64,000 nucleotides of DNA from a candidate division FCPU426 bacterium (lineage in GTDB: Bacteria > Oederibacteriota > Muellerivitia > Muellerivitales > Muellerivitaceae), in the NCBI GenBank assembly GCA_963796105.1, contig CAWCKJ010000003.1:640001-704000 (forward strand), in the 5' to 3' direction. Below are positions 1 through 11,937 of this stretch, one piece after another. Below the pieces are notes generated by a model. The model searched no databases and was not told the DNA's origin. It was given only the letters and a program-made list of their open reading frames with translations. The position numbers and the translations under genes were made by a program. Positions within the stretch are counted from its first letter, which is position 1. Every line of letters begins with the position of its first letter.

Positions 1-1554
<1,554 letters not shown>

Positions 1555-1697
1555 GTAAATCTCCTTAAAATTCTTTACCAGACAACTATCGAAGCACGCG
1601 GGAAAAGTCGCGTAAAATTAAGTAAAAACGGATTCTCGCCCTTCCTTCAAACCAATGCCGGCAAATACTGCCCAGCCTCTCTTAATTGCATTTGGGT

Positions 1698-2759
1698 TTA
1701 AACCGCCTCAACGCCCTTGAGTGCCTTTCCCAAAAATTTGGCCCGTTCCAGGGCTTCCTGCTCCGGGTTAAGCTCCTTTGCCGACAACTTCGTGAGATGC
1801 GCCGGTTGTATTAAGATGAGAAGACTGTTCAAATTTGGCAAGTCGATACCGGTTAATATTTTCTGCTCGATTCCCACCCGAATGGCGGACAACTCGTCCA
1901 AAGCTTCCTGAAGAGAGATTATTTTAGCATTTTTCAAGGTTCCCAGTGCACGGCATATTCGGTCTTGAATCCGAAGCCCCTCCTTCTTGAAAACCGCTTT
2001 TTGGGATTGTTGTTCCACCTCTACCATTTGACGCGCCATACGCTCAACGTGTTCCACGATTTCAAGACCCCTCTTGCCGAGGGAGAACTGGTTTGATATT
2101 TGAAAGAACGCGCTGACCACCTGGGTGGATTCGCCCTGGATTCCCCTAACGGTTAACCCAACCTGGGAAACCCCTTGGAGCACCTGGGCAATACGATTAC
2201 TGTAAGTCAAGGCGGGAAGATGGATCAAAACGCTGGCCCGAAGCGCCAAACCCAGGTTCGTGGGACAGGCTGTCAGATAGCCTAGTTGGGGATCCTTGGC
2301 GTAAGGAAGACGGGCGGCCAATATCCGATCGATCTCCGTCATTTCCTTAAAAGCCTTTTTAAGGCTCAACCCGGTCCGGAAAACCTGAATTCTTAAATGG
2401 TCCTCCTCATTCACGAGAATGCTCAAGCCTAGCTTAGGATCATAAGCCACGGCGCTCTCGCCCAGACTCGCCGCGTGCTCGGCCGAGATCAATTGGTGCT
2501 CAGTCAAGAACTGCCTGTCCAGGGAGGAGATTTCCTTTAACCGGACAAACTTAAGTTCCTGAAATTTCGGCTCGCTTGTCAGGACGCGCTGAACAGCCTC
2601 CAGGATTTCCTTCTGCTCATTCGCGCTGGCATGGTGGGGGAACTTTCGTCCCTCCAGGTTTCGCGCTAGTCGCAATCGGCTTGAGACCACGACCTCCCCC
2701 AAGAGCCCTTCCTGGGTGAACCACTCCCCCTGAGGGGATAAAAGTTCCTCAAACGCCAT
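1698..2759 (-). CDS. mcsB: Protein-arginine kinase McsB (ATP:guanido phosphotransferase)
   Basis: VVVSSRLRLARN, NEEDHLRIQ and GYLTACPTNLG motifs; lies between mcsA and clpC. Confidence 0.95.
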   Translation of the reverse strand: MAFEELLSPQGEWFTQEGLLGEVVVSSRLRLARNLEGRKFPHHASANEQKEILEAVQRVLTSEPKFQELKFVRLKEISSLDRQFLTEHQLISAEHAASLGESAVAYDPKLGLSILVNEEDHLRIQVFRTGLSLKKAFKEMTEIDRILAARLPYAKDPQLGYLTACPTNLGLALRASVLIHLPALTYSNRIAQVLQGVSQVGLTVRGIQGESTQVVSAFFQISNQFSLGKRGLEIVEHVERMARQMVEVEQQSQKAVFKKEGLRIQDRICRALGTLKNAKIISLQEALDELSAIRVGIEQKILTGIDLPNLNSLLILIQPAHLTKLSAKELNPEQEALERAKFLGKALKGVEAV

Positions 2760-2761
2760 GA

Positions 2762-3328
2762 CTATTCCTTTTCCAGCCGTTGGATTTCATCCCTCAATTT
2801 GGCCGCCTCCTCAAACTTTTCTTTTTGAACCGCCTCCTTGAGTTTTTTCCTTAAGGGTGCGATATGGGAATGGTGGGTTGTTTTCGAATCGCCTTCTACC
2901 GTGTTTTCCTCGATGGGGACCTCTGTTTCTTCCTCGGTATGACGGATATTTCCGTGGATGCCGGTAATCAAAGGTTCCAATGTTTCCCGGAAGGATTCAT
3001 AACAATGAGTGCACCCCAGCCTTCCATTGAGGCGGAAAGTGGATAACTGGTAGCCGCATTGAGGGCATTGAACCTGTCCCTCGCTCACAGGCAGAGGAAC
3101 CCTTCCCGCATCCCCTTCAGGGGGACCGGACTGACCCCAGGGCATGAAATTGGAGATAAACTCCGTAAGCGCCGCGAATGGGTTAAAATTCATGGGATTC
3201 AATCCCCCGTAGGCCTGGTTTTGCTCCTGTGCGCAGAACTCACAAAGGTGAGCCTGGGTGGTTTGGTTTCCCACCGTTTGGGATATGAAAACCGTAGCCT
3301 GTCGTTTCCCGCATTTCTGGCAAAGCAT
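2762..3328 (-). CDS. mcsA: McsA activator (CxxC zinc motifs + UVR domain)
   Basis: MLCQKC, LCEFCA, CPQCG, GRLGCTHCY and C-terminal EKFEEAAKLRDEI; start placed at MLCQ (3328) rather than the ORF-track 3379. Confidence 0.93.
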   Translation of the reverse strand: MLCQKCGKRQATVFISQTVGNQTTQAHLCEFCAQEQNQAYGGLNPMNFNPFAALTEFISNFMPWGQSGPPEGDAGRVPLPVSEGQVQCPQCGYQLSTFRLNGRLGCTHCYESFRETLEPLITGIHGNIRHTEEETEVPIEENTVEGDSKTTHHSHIAPLRKKLKEAVQKEKFEEAAKLRDEIQRLEKE

Positions 3329-3388
3329 TTTCTTACCTCGAAATTTTAGGTTTAAAATAGGGCATAAAACAAAATCCAATCTTTCAGA

Positions 3389-4069
3389 TCATGTTTTTCG
3401 TTTAGTGACCCGTCCGGCATTTAAAGTTAACACGTGATCCGCCCGTTTGGCCAGAGGCTCATAATGAGTCACGACGATAAGGGTCCTGCCCTCCTTCTGG
3501 CAAAGCTCCCAAAGCGCGTCGTGGATCCCCTCGGCCGTCCGGCTATCCAAGTTACCGGTAGGCTCATCCGCCAGGATGATTTCAGGCTCATTCATGACCG
3601 CCCGGCAAACCGCCACCCTTTGTTGTTCCCCACCCGAAAGTTCCCCGGGTTTATGGTTCATCCGCCCCGAAAGGCCCACTTGCACCAGCAGTTTCTTGGC
3701 TCGGATAAGGCAATCCTCATAGGGGCGTCTCCCCACCCGGCCCGGAAGAACAACGTTTTCCAACGCCGTCAGTTCCGGCATTAAATAATGGAACTGGAAA
3801 ACGAACCCAAAGGACTTGTTGCGCAATACCGCCAGTTGTTCCACCGGCATCTCATAAAGGGAATGGGATTTGAAAAAAACCTGGCCCTTAGACGGACTAC
3901 TCAACCCCCCCAAAAGGGTCAAGAGGGTGCTTTTTCCGGAACCCGAGGGGCCTAGGATCACCGTTATGTCCCCCGCGTCCAGGGTAAAGCTGACATCCTG
4001 GAGGGCTTGTACTGTCTCCCCTTCCAGGAAGTAGCTTTTGAAGACATTCTCAACCTTTAAAATTTCCAT
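3389..4069 (-). CDS. lolD: Lipoprotein-releasing ABC transporter ATPase LolD
   Basis: [37 protein letters not shown]; adjacent to a LolC/E permease. Confidence 0.9.
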   Translation of the reverse strand: MEILKVENVFKSYFLEGETVQALQDVSFTLDAGDITVILGPSGSGKSTLLTLLGGLSSPSKGQVFFKSHSLYEMPVEQLAVLRNKSFGFVFQFHYLMPELTALENVVLPGRVGRRPYEDCLIRAKKLLVQVGLSGRMNHKPGELSGGEQQRVAVCRAVMNEPEIILADEPTGNLDSRTAEGIHDALWELCQKEGRTLIVVTHYEPLAKRADHVLTLNAGRVTKRKT

Positions 4070-4083
4070 TCAACCCTTCCCGA

Positions 4084-5337
4084 TCATCCTAAACGGATGG
4101 CATCCACCGGCTCCAGCTTGGCCGCTTGCCTAGCGGGATAAAGCGTGGCAATAAAACAAAGCAATACCGACATGATAGGAATGATAAAGAAATTGACCCG
4201 AGGATCCACTTTGACAGGCAGACGGTCAATGTAATAGACCATCCCCCCTCCCGGCATGGGAATGGGCACGCGAGCGATGATCTCGCAGAGAATATGGCCC
4301 CCGAGGAGCCCGAAAAGAATGCCGATTACGCCGATGAACATCCCCTCGAAAATAAAAATAAAGGTGATGCTTCGGTGTGTGCCGCCCATGGCCTTCAGGA
4401 TGCCGATCTCTTTCGTCTTTTCGATAACCATCATGGTCAGGGGATTCACGATGTTCAGAGCCGCCACCAGCACGATTAAAGAGAGAATGATTCCCATGAC
4501 CCATTTTTCGGTCTGCAGTGCCACGAAGAGGTTGCGGTTCATTTGAAGCCAGTCCTGGACGAAATACTTGCCGTGGTACTTTTCCCGGATTTCCTTCGCC
4601 AGCGCCGGGGCCAGGTCCACATTGTCCACCTTGACCGCGACCCCCGTGACGTTATCCTCCAGCTGGTACATTTTCCTTCCGTTTTCAAGTGAAACATAGG
4701 TATAGGCCGAATCGTAGTCGTACATGCCGGTGGATAATATCCCCACCACCTGGTATTTCAAGCTCTTGGGCATCATGCCAAGTGGGGTGGCTTGAAGAAT
4801 GGGAAGGAATAGCACCAAATCATCCCCCACGGCCACATGGAGACGCTGGGCCAGTTCCGAACCCAGGAAAATCCTCTCCGACCTGCCGGATGCCGTGTCA
4901 GGGGGGCTTTTTAAATCGACTGCCTTCGCTTCCCATAAATACTTGTTCAAGTCGGCGATGGCTTGCGGCGCGTCGGGATCAACCCCCCAGACCATCACAC
5001 CCAATGAACGTTCCTTGGATCGGGCAAGCGCCTGCCCCTCCACGTAAGGGCCGACCGCGGTCACATGATCCATCTGGCGGATGGTTTGAGTGATTTGGTC
5101 GTAATCACCCAGGGGATGGTTCTGATATCCGGAGACAATAATATGGGCGTTCAATCCAATGATTTTGGCCTTTAAGTCCTCGTCAAACCCGTTCATGACC
5201 GAAAGAACCACGTTTAAAGCCATGACTCCGATGGCTACGCCCGCCACCGAAATCCACGTCAATATGGATATGGCGGTTCGCTTGCGTTTGGAACGCAGGT
5301 AACGCAGGCCTAGGAATATTTCAAATGGCAGGTTCAT
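4084..5337 (-). CDS. lolE: Lipoprotein-releasing ABC transporter permease LolC/E family
   Basis: FEIFLGLRYLRSKR, VLSVMNGF, EKTKEIGILKAMG, YPARQAAKLEPVDAIR; start likely MNLPFE at 5337. Confidence 0.88.
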   Translation of the reverse strand: MNLPFEIFLGLRYLRSKRKRTAISILTWISVAGVAIGVMALNVVLSVMNGFDEDLKAKIIGLNAHIIVSGYQNHPLGDYDQITQTIRQMDHVTAVGPYVEGQALARSKERSLGVMVWGVDPDAPQAIADLNKYLWEAKAVDLKSPPDTASGRSERIFLGSELAQRLHVAVGDDLVLFLPILQATPLGMMPKSLKYQVVGILSTGMYDYDSAYTYVSLENGRKMYQLEDNVTGVAVKVDNVDLAPALAKEIREKYHGKYFVQDWLQMNRNLFVALQTEKWVMGIILSLIVLVAALNIVNPLTMMVIEKTKEIGILKAMGGTHRSITFIFIFEGMFIGVIGILFGLLGGHILCEIIARVPIPMPGGGMVYYIDRLPVKVDPRVNFFIIPIMSVLLCFIATLYPARQAAKLEPVDAIRLG

Positions 5338-5384
5338 CGCTGTTTTTCCGGTTTCTCCACTCCCGTCGCGGGGAGGAATCGTCT

Positions 5385-6896
5385 TCAACTATCAAAAGTC
5401 ATTTTTTCCTCATCATCCCTTTGACGAAGAAGGGGGAAAAGAATGATGTCCCGGATCGAGGGGCTATTCGTCAATAGCATCAGGAGCCGGTCAATCCCGA
5501 TTCCCACACCTCCCGCGGGAGGCATTCCATAAGAGAGAGCGAGAATATAATCCTCGTCCAGGTACATTCCTTCCTCGTCCCCCGCCTTGCGAAGCTCCAC
5601 TTGCTTCTCAAATCGCCGGCGCTGGTCCATTGGGTCATTCAACTCTGAAAAACCATTCGCGATCTCCCTGCCCATTACAAAAAGCTCAAATCTCTCTGTC
5701 AAAGCCGGATTCTCCGCCTTGGACTTGGCCAATGGGGAAACCTCCACGGGAAAATCCGTGATAAAGGTGGGCTGGACCAGCTTAGATTCGACCAATTCCC
5801 CGAAAAGAATGTAGGCCAGCTCGGCTTTGGACAACGAACCGATATGCCGGACATTAGCGGGCGAATTCTGGACCCTTTTCCTCAATTCCTCCATCGTGGA
5901 TTTCTCATAGTCCAATCCGCCGATTTCCGCCAAACCTTGGAGTAGGGGAAGGCGTTTGAATGGAGCCGTGAAGTCGATATCGACATCCCCCACTTTGATC
6001 GTGAGATTCTGTCCTGACGCCTGGACTCCCTCCGAGATGACCTTTTCCGTCAAAGCCATGGCAGTATCGATATTGCCGTAGGCTTGGTAAGCCTCCATCA
6101 TGGTGAACTCGGGATTATGCTGGATGCTGATGCCTTCGTTTCGAAAACTGCGGTTGATCTCATAGACCCTCTCGAACCCACCCACTAGCAAGCGCTTCAA
6201 GTAAAGTTCAGGGGCGATTCTCATGAACAAGTTCATGTCCAAGGCGTTATGGTGGGTCGCGAAAGGCTTGGCCGCGGCGCCGCCCGGAATGGGGTGAAGC
6301 ATAGGGGTTTCAACCTCCAGGAATCCCTGGGAATCCATATATCTGCGGATGGCGGCCACTACTTTGGAACGTGTCTCAAAGGTCTTGCGGACATCCTCAT
6401 TAACGATCAAGTCCACATAACGGTGCCGGTATCTGGCTTCCACGTCGGTAAGACCGTGCCATTTTTCCGGGAGAGGATGAAGGGCCTTGGAAAGGATAAG
6501 GAAGGATTCCACATGGATAGTCACTTCCCCGGTTCTAGTCTTGAAGGGAAATCCCTTGACCCCGATGATGTCTCCCATTTCCAGCAGGCCGAATACCTGG
6601 TAGGCATTTTCTCCGACCGCGTCAAGCTTCGTGTAAATCTGGATTCTGCCCTTCGCGTCCTGAAGATGGGCGAAGGCGCTCTTGCCGTGCCCTCGGATGG
6701 TCATCATCCGCCCAGCCACAGAAACTTTTTCCAACTCTTTGTGGTCGCCCGGCTGCAAATCCTGGTAGTGGCCTATGATGTCTAGGGAATGATGGGTTTG
6801 TTCGAAGGCCTCCGAAGGGTACGGATTGATCCCTTTGTCCTTGAGCGCCTTCAGCTTTTCCAATCGGATTTTGATGAACTCATTCAGTTCTGGCAT
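5385..6896 (-). CDS. lysS: Lysine--tRNA ligase (class II)
   Basis: LPEKWHGLTD, RIAPELYLKRL, FRNEG, GMPPAGGVGIGIDRL. Confidence 0.97.
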   Translation of the reverse strand: MPELNEFIKIRLEKLKALKDKGINPYPSEAFEQTHHSLDIIGHYQDLQPGDHKELEKVSVAGRMMTIRGHGKSAFAHLQDAKGRIQIYTKLDAVGENAYQVFGLLEMGDIIGVKGFPFKTRTGEVTIHVESFLILSKALHPLPEKWHGLTDVEARYRHRYVDLIVNEDVRKTFETRSKVVAAIRRYMDSQGFLEVETPMLHPIPGGAAAKPFATHHNALDMNLFMRIAPELYLKRLLVGGFERVYEINRSFRNEGISIQHNPEFTMMEAYQAYGNIDTAMALTEKVISEGVQASGQNLTIKVGDVDIDFTAPFKRLPLLQGLAEIGGLDYEKSTMEELRKRVQNSPANVRHIGSLSKAELAYILFGELVESKLVQPTFITDFPVEVSPLAKSKAENPALTERFELFVMGREIANGFSELNDPMDQRRRFEKQVELRKAGDEEGMYLDEDYILALSYGMPPAGGVGIGIDRLLMLLTNSPSIRDIILFPLLRQRDDEEKMTFDS

Positions 6897-6975
6897 AATC
6901 TTCTTTCTCCTCTAAATCCCGCAATACAAAAACAATTAGCAAAAAAACTGAAAGCATAGCTCATTCGAATTTTAA

Positions 6976-8077
6976 TTAATTCGAATTAACCCTATTATCT
7001 TTTAAAGCCGCCTCGATGAATGGATCTAAATCCCCATCCATGACTCTGGCGATATCGCCCACTTCCATTTCGGTCCGGTGGTCCTTCACCATCTGATAAG
7101 GCTGGAAAACATAGGAGCGGATTTGGCTTCCCCATTCTATTTTTTTCTTGGAACCGGCCACCTTGGCCATTTCCTCGTCGTGGAGATCCTGGTAATGCTG
7201 GAAAAGCCTCGCCTTCAGCATTTTCATGGCTTGCTCGCGGTTTTGAAACTGGGAGCGTTGGGTCTGGCAGGCAACGATGATGTTGGTGGGAATATGGGTT
7301 AAGCGGACCGCCGTCTCAACCTTATTGACATTCTGCCCCCCCTTGCCGCCTGAGCGGAATGTGTCCAGTTTGATGTCATCCGGGTTAATCTCGAATTCCA
7401 CATCCTCCACCTCGGGCATGACATCCACCGAAGAGAAGGAGGTATGCCTCCTTTTATTGGCGTCAAACGGTGAAATCCTCACAAGCCGATGGACCCCTTT
7501 TTCCACCTTAAGGAGGCCGTAAGCCCAAGGTCCCTTGACCAGCAGGGAGACTGATTTGATCCCGGCTTCATCCGCGACCTGATGGTCAAGGGTTTCAACT
7601 TCAAAACCCTTGTTTTCCATCCACCGAAGGTACATCCGAAGCAGCATTTGAGCCCAGTCCTGGCTTTCGGTGCCGCCGGCGCCAGGATGAATGGAAACAT
7701 AGGCGTTATTAAAATCGTATTTACCGGTAAAATTGCGTTTGAGCTCGATTTTGCTGAAATCCTCGTCGAATTTCCTCTGGCTTTGCTTTAATTCGGCGAG
7801 AAGGGCGTCATCATGCTGTTCCTTGAGCAATTCCTGGTAGGTAAGTAAATCTTGGTACTGCTTCTGGAAATCCTCAAACAACCCAAGATTATCTTTTAAT
7901 CGTGAGATTTTACCGGTTATTTCCTTGGCTTCCTGGGTATTATTCCAGAAATCAGGCTGGGTGGTTTGTTCTTCCAGCGTAGTTATGTCCCGCTTGAGTT
8001 TAGCGGGGTCAAAGATAATCCCTCACTTCGGTGAATTTTCTCTCCAAGGACTTGACGTCCAGTTCGAATAACGCCAA
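6976..8077 (-). CDS. prfB: Peptide chain release factor 2, translated via programmed +1 frameshift
   Basis: Short first frame (TTG 8077: [22 protein letters not shown]) ends in CTT TGA C at 8014-8008; second frame carries the SPF and GGQ motifs. Start codon is a best guess. Confidence 0.95.
8008..8025 (-). promoter_or_regulatory. prfB +1 frameshift signal (SD-like GAGGG + TAT CTT TGA C)
   Basis: Minus strand reads GTG AGG GAT TAT CTT TGA CCC, the canonical RF2 autoregulatory site. Confidence 0.93.
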
Positions 8078-8258
8078 TCCAACCACCACCCTTCCAAGAA
8101 AAATCTGCGGTCCCGCAGGGGGGAACGCCCTTAAATGGCTTTTAAGAAAGGACAGGATATAGTACCCATTCCCATAAAACACTAAAAAAACAGCCAATTA
8201 GAACCCCTTGATCAGGGCAAAGTCTCCGAAAGCGCGTGAACTTCAAACTTCTGATTGA

Positions 8259-8287
8259 TTGACAGTCCTAAAGCTCTACCCTAAACT
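8259..8287 (+). promoter_or_regulatory. Putative sigma70 promoter for pheT
   Basis: TTGACA-17 bp-TAAACT, 47 bp upstream of the pheT ATG. Confidence 0.65.
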
Positions 8288-8334
8288 TTCTCAATTCTCG
8301 CGTTTTTTAGCGCTTTTCTATTACAAGGACTGTC

Positions 8335-10746
8335 ATGCTGATCTCCTACCAATGGTTGAAAAATTATATCGATTGTCTTGAACCGCTCGAAACAATCGCC
8401 TCACGGCTTACACAAACAGGCACCGATGTCGCTAAGATCCAAGCGCTGGGAAAGGATATTAACAGGGTCATTGTCGCGGAACTTCTGGCTGTCGAAAAAC
8501 ACCCTCAGGCTGACCGTCTTTCCCTCACCAAGGTCACGGACGGTAAGGAAACTTTCCAGGTGGTTTGCGGCGCCAAGAATATAGCCCCAGGACAAAAGGT
8601 ACCCCTCGCCAAGGTTGGAGCGGTTCTACCCGGCAATTTCGAGATTAAAGCCGCGAAAATAAGGGGAATAGAATCATTCGGCATGCTTTGCTCCGCCAAG
8701 GAATTAGGAATTGCCGAAGACGCGGAGGGAATTCTGATTCTCCCTCAAGACGCTCCGCTCGGGGCGGATTTTACTCAATACATGGGTTTTCCGGATTTTT
8801 TACTCGAATTAGAGATTACTCCCAATCGGCCCGACCTTCTCAGCCATCTGGGTGTGGCGCGGGAGTTGGGGGCTATCTTTCACCGGAAAATCAAGCCACC
8901 CCCAATCAAGAAACTGCCTGAAAACAATATTAAAAGCGCTAAGCTGGCCAGCGTCACAATCCAAGCCCCTGATCTCTGCCGCCAATACGCCTGCAGAATC
9001 ATTAATGGAATCCAAGTCGGACCTTCCCCACGTTGGCTTTCCCAAGCGCTTGAAAAACTGGGGCAGCGTTCCATCAATAACATAGTGGATGTCACCAATT
9101 ACGTCATGATGGAAATGGGACAGCCCATGCACGCCTTTGACCTCGACCAATTGAGAGGTTCCCAAATCATCGTGAGAAAAGCCACCGAGGGAGAAAAGAT
9201 TCCTCTTCTGGACAATACTGAAAAAACCTTGAGCCAGGATATGCTGGTGATCGCGGACGCGGAAAGGCCCGTGGCTTTGGCCGGCGTCATGGGCGGAAGC
9301 AATTCACAAGTAACCGGGAATACCCGAAACATTCTTTTGGAATCGGCGTATTTTATTCCCGGCAGTGTCCGCAAGACCGCCAGAAAGCTTGGGCTGTCAA
9401 CCGATTCTTCTTATCGATTCGAGCGGGGGGTGGATCCCCAGGGGATTCTGCCGGCGCTGAACCGGGCGGCGGAATTGGTCTTAAAGGTGGGCGGTGGCAC
9501 CCTGGCCAAAGGTGTTCTTTCTCCCACCGTAAAACTTATTCAAACACCCAAGATCCAATTCAGGCCGAAGCGATGTGATCAGATTCTCGGCGTTCAAACT
9601 CCGGCCAAGACTCAAATCCAATTGCTAAAAGACCTGGGCTGCCGTTTAAAGGGCGCCAATACCGCCAAATCCTTTCAAGTCTTCCCCCCCAGTTCGAGAG
9701 TGGACCTAACGCGTGAAATCGATTTGATTGAGGAAATCGCGCGGCTCCAGGGTTATAACCGGATTATCTCCACCCCTCCCCGCATCCCGGCGAATCTTTC
9801 AAACATTGATCAAACACCCTGTCAGGATAAACAAATCCGGTTTCTTTTCCAGCAAGCGGGACTGAATGAGGCTGTTAATTCCTCATTCCTTCCAGAGGAA
9901 TTCGCCGCGAAATTAGGCCTCCCGGAGACTCACCCGCTCTGTCAGTTCCAAAAGGTCCAGAATCCAATCGCGGAGGATCAGAAAGTTTTGCGGCCTTCTT
10001 TGCTTCCTTCATTATTGGCCAATGCCCAACTGAACTTTTCCCGGCAGCAGGAACAAGTCGGTCTATATGAGATCAACAAGGTGTTCCGCTTGGAAGGCGG
10101 AGCGCATGTTCAAGAGCGGATTTTCGCGGCGGCGATTCTTGCCGGCCTTTCTGATCTTCCGGCGTGGTTCCAAACCGGGCGGCCGGCCGATTTCCATGAC
10201 ATAAAGGGATTAGCCGAAAACGTCCTGTCTTTATGCCGCGCGGAAGGGGTTCAATGGGTGTTTGGCGCTCTTAGTTCTCCCTATTGGACGCCGGAAAGCT
10301 TTGAGGTGAATGGCCCCGATGGAAAATCCATCCTATGCGGCGGCTTATTGAGCCCAAAGGTCCTGAAAACCTTTGATCTCCCCTTGAGCACTCTCGCTTT
10401 GGAAATCGACTTGACGAATCTTAGCCAACTACCCTCTCCCCCGCCGAAATACGTTCCCCTCCCTAAGTATCCGGGAGCCTGGAGGGACATTGCCCTGGTA
10501 GTGCCCGATGGTGTAACATCAGGCCAGGTTACAGAAGCGATTCGGGGCCTCCGAATCGCCGGATTAAATACCGTATCACTCTTTGATCTTTACCGGGGAA
10601 CCGGTGTTGCCCCGGGCCGAAGAAGCCTGGCTTACCGTCTTTATTTCCGGGACGAGGAAAGAACCCTCACGGACTTGGAAATGACGGAAAAAGTAGGACA
10701 AATCGTGGCAAGTTTGAAGGAGAGGTTTTCCATTGAACTCCGATGA
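8335..10746 (+). CDS. pheT: Phenylalanine--tRNA ligase beta subunit
   Basis: MLISYQWL, EKHPQADRL, ITPNRPDLLSHLGVARE, SYRFERGVD, EIDLIEEIAR, C-terminal FDX-ACB domain (RDIALVV...SLAYRL). Confidence 0.97.
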   Translation: MLISYQWLKNYIDCLEPLETIASRLTQTGTDVAKIQALGKDINRVIVAELLAVEKHPQADRLSLTKVTDGKETFQVVCGAKNIAPGQKVPLAKVGAVLPGNFEIKAAKIRGIESFGMLCSAKELGIAEDAEGILILPQDAPLGADFTQYMGFPDFLLELEITPNRPDLLSHLGVARELGAIFHRKIKPPPIKKLPENNIKSAKLASVTIQAPDLCRQYACRIINGIQVGPSPRWLSQALEKLGQRSINNIVDVTNYVMMEMGQPMHAFDLDQLRGSQIIVRKATEGEKIPLLDNTEKTLSQDMLVIADAERPVALAGVMGGSNSQVTGNTRNILLESAYFIPGSVRKTARKLGLSTDSSYRFERGVDPQGILPALNRAAELVLKVGGGTLAKGVLSPTVKLIQTPKIQFRPKRCDQILGVQTPAKTQIQLLKDLGCRLKGANTAKSFQVFPPSSRVDLTREIDLIEEIARLQGYNRIISTPPRIPANLSNIDQTPCQDKQIRFLFQQAGLNEAVNSSFLPEEFAAKLGLPETHPLCQFQKVQNPIAEDQKVLRPSLLPSLLANAQLNFSRQQEQVGLYEINKVFRLEGGAHVQERIFAAAILAGLSDLPAWFQTGRPADFHDIKGLAENVLSLCRAEGVQWVFGALSSPYWTPESFEVNGPDGKSILCGGLLSPKVLKTFDLPLSTLALEIDLTNLSQLPSPPPKYVPLPKYPGAWRDIALVVPDGVTSGQVTEAIRGLRIAGLNTVSLFDLYRGTGVAPGRRSLAYRLYFRDEERTLTDLEMTEKVGQIVASLKERFSIELR

Positions 10747-11053
10747 ATTGTTTGCCTATACCCCTGATCCCCAGGCCCAATGGCTTGGTTTGGAAAAAAG
10801 AATTAACCTTCTCCTGGAGGGAATCGTGCAGTTGAGGAACGCCAACGCCCTCCTCATGAAGGAAAATGTGTTGTTGAAGAACCAGTTGAAAGATAAAAGC
10901 GGAGATCCATCCGAGGAGGATTTTCAAAAACTCAGGAAACAATACGATGGAGCCCTGGAGGACCTTAAGAACGTAAAACAGAACCTTCAACGTATTGAAG
11001 TGTTAGCGGCGGAGCTAAAGCTGGAAGAAGCTCAAAACATTCCCGAAGGGTGA
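10733..11053 (+). CDS. Coiled-coil protein, ZapB-like
   Basis: LEKRINLLLEGIVQLRNANALLMKEN heptads; occupies the usual slot between pheT and zapA. Confidence 0.6.
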   Translation: MNSDELFAYTPDPQAQWLGLEKRINLLLEGIVQLRNANALLMKENVLLKNQLKDKSGDPSEEDFQKLRKQYDGALEDLKNVKQNLQRIEVLAAELKLEEAQNIPEG

Positions 11054-11055
11054 AA

Positions 11056-11937
11056 ATGGCCGAGAAAAAATCAGTCACAGTCAATATCTATGGTAACGAA
11101 TATACCCTTAAGGGCGAGGCGGACCCGCAGTACATCGCCGAACTAGCCAAGTTCGTGGACGGCAAGATGGCGGAGATCGGGAAGAAATCCTCAGCCCCTG
11201 CCGCGAAAGTCGCAATCCTGGCGGCCATGAATCTTGCCGATGAGATGCACAGGCTGGAAAAATCCAAGGCCGAGAACCTCAAGCTGATTGAAACCCTTGA
11301 AAAAAATCTTCTGGAAATGAAAAAATCCTCCGACGGATCCCTGAAGCACACCCTGGAACTCAAGGAACAGGTCGACCGTTTTAAGGTGGATGCCGGGGAA
11401 AACACTAAATTGGCTGACGAGTCGAAAAAGCTCAAGAAGGAACGCGACGAAGCCCTTCAGAAGCGCGAGGAGCTCACTAAGGAATTGACCCGTTTGAAGG
11501 GGGATCTTCAGGAACTAAAGCCGGAGTTATTGGAACTCCAGGTAAACCTGGAGGCCGAGAAGGAAAAGAGCCAAGAAAGCCTGGAGGAGGTGGAGCGGTT
11601 AAAGGCAGCTTTAAGCGAAACCCAGGTCGATCCTAATATGCCCCAAGAAATGGAACTTTTGAAAAAGGAACTTCAAGACCTCAAGCTGGAAATGGAAGAC
11701 CTGCGCAAAAACCTGGAAAGCGAAAAAGGGAAATCCAAGGAAGCACAAGAAGAAGCGGTTCGACTGAAGGCGGAGTTAAGCGAATCCCAGTCCGAGCTGG
11801 AAATGGCGATGGAGGATATTGAGAAAGCCAAAACGGCTCCGGCGCCAGCGCTTCCCCAAAACGCTCCCTCTTTATTACCTGCCAACGAGAAGTTACAAGC
11901 GTTATTCCGGAAAATAGACGCCGTTTTGGAATTATAG
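11056..11937 (+). CDS. zapA: Cell division protein ZapA with long C-terminal coiled-coil extension
   Basis: N-terminal VTVNIYGNEYTLKG...LAKFVDGKM...VAILAAMNLADE is the ZapA signature; about 200 aa of extra coiled coil follow. Confidence 0.85.
   Translation: MAEKKSVTVNIYGNEYTLKGEADPQYIAELAKFVDGKMAEIGKKSSAPAAKVAILAAMNLADEMHRLEKSKAENLKLIETLEKNLLEMKKSSDGSLKHTLELKEQVDRFKVDAGENTKLADESKKLKKERDEALQKREELTKELTRLKGDLQELKPELLELQVNLEAEKEKSQESLEEVERLKAALSETQVDPNMPQEMELLKKELQDLKLEMEDLRKNLESEKGKSKEAQEEAVRLKAELSESQSELEMAMEDIEKAKTAPAPALPQNAPSLLPANEKLQALFRKIDAVLEL

Noticed and set aside
8009..8197. 62-aa ORF as an independent gene
   Set aside because: Its 3' third is the pre-frameshift segment of prfB
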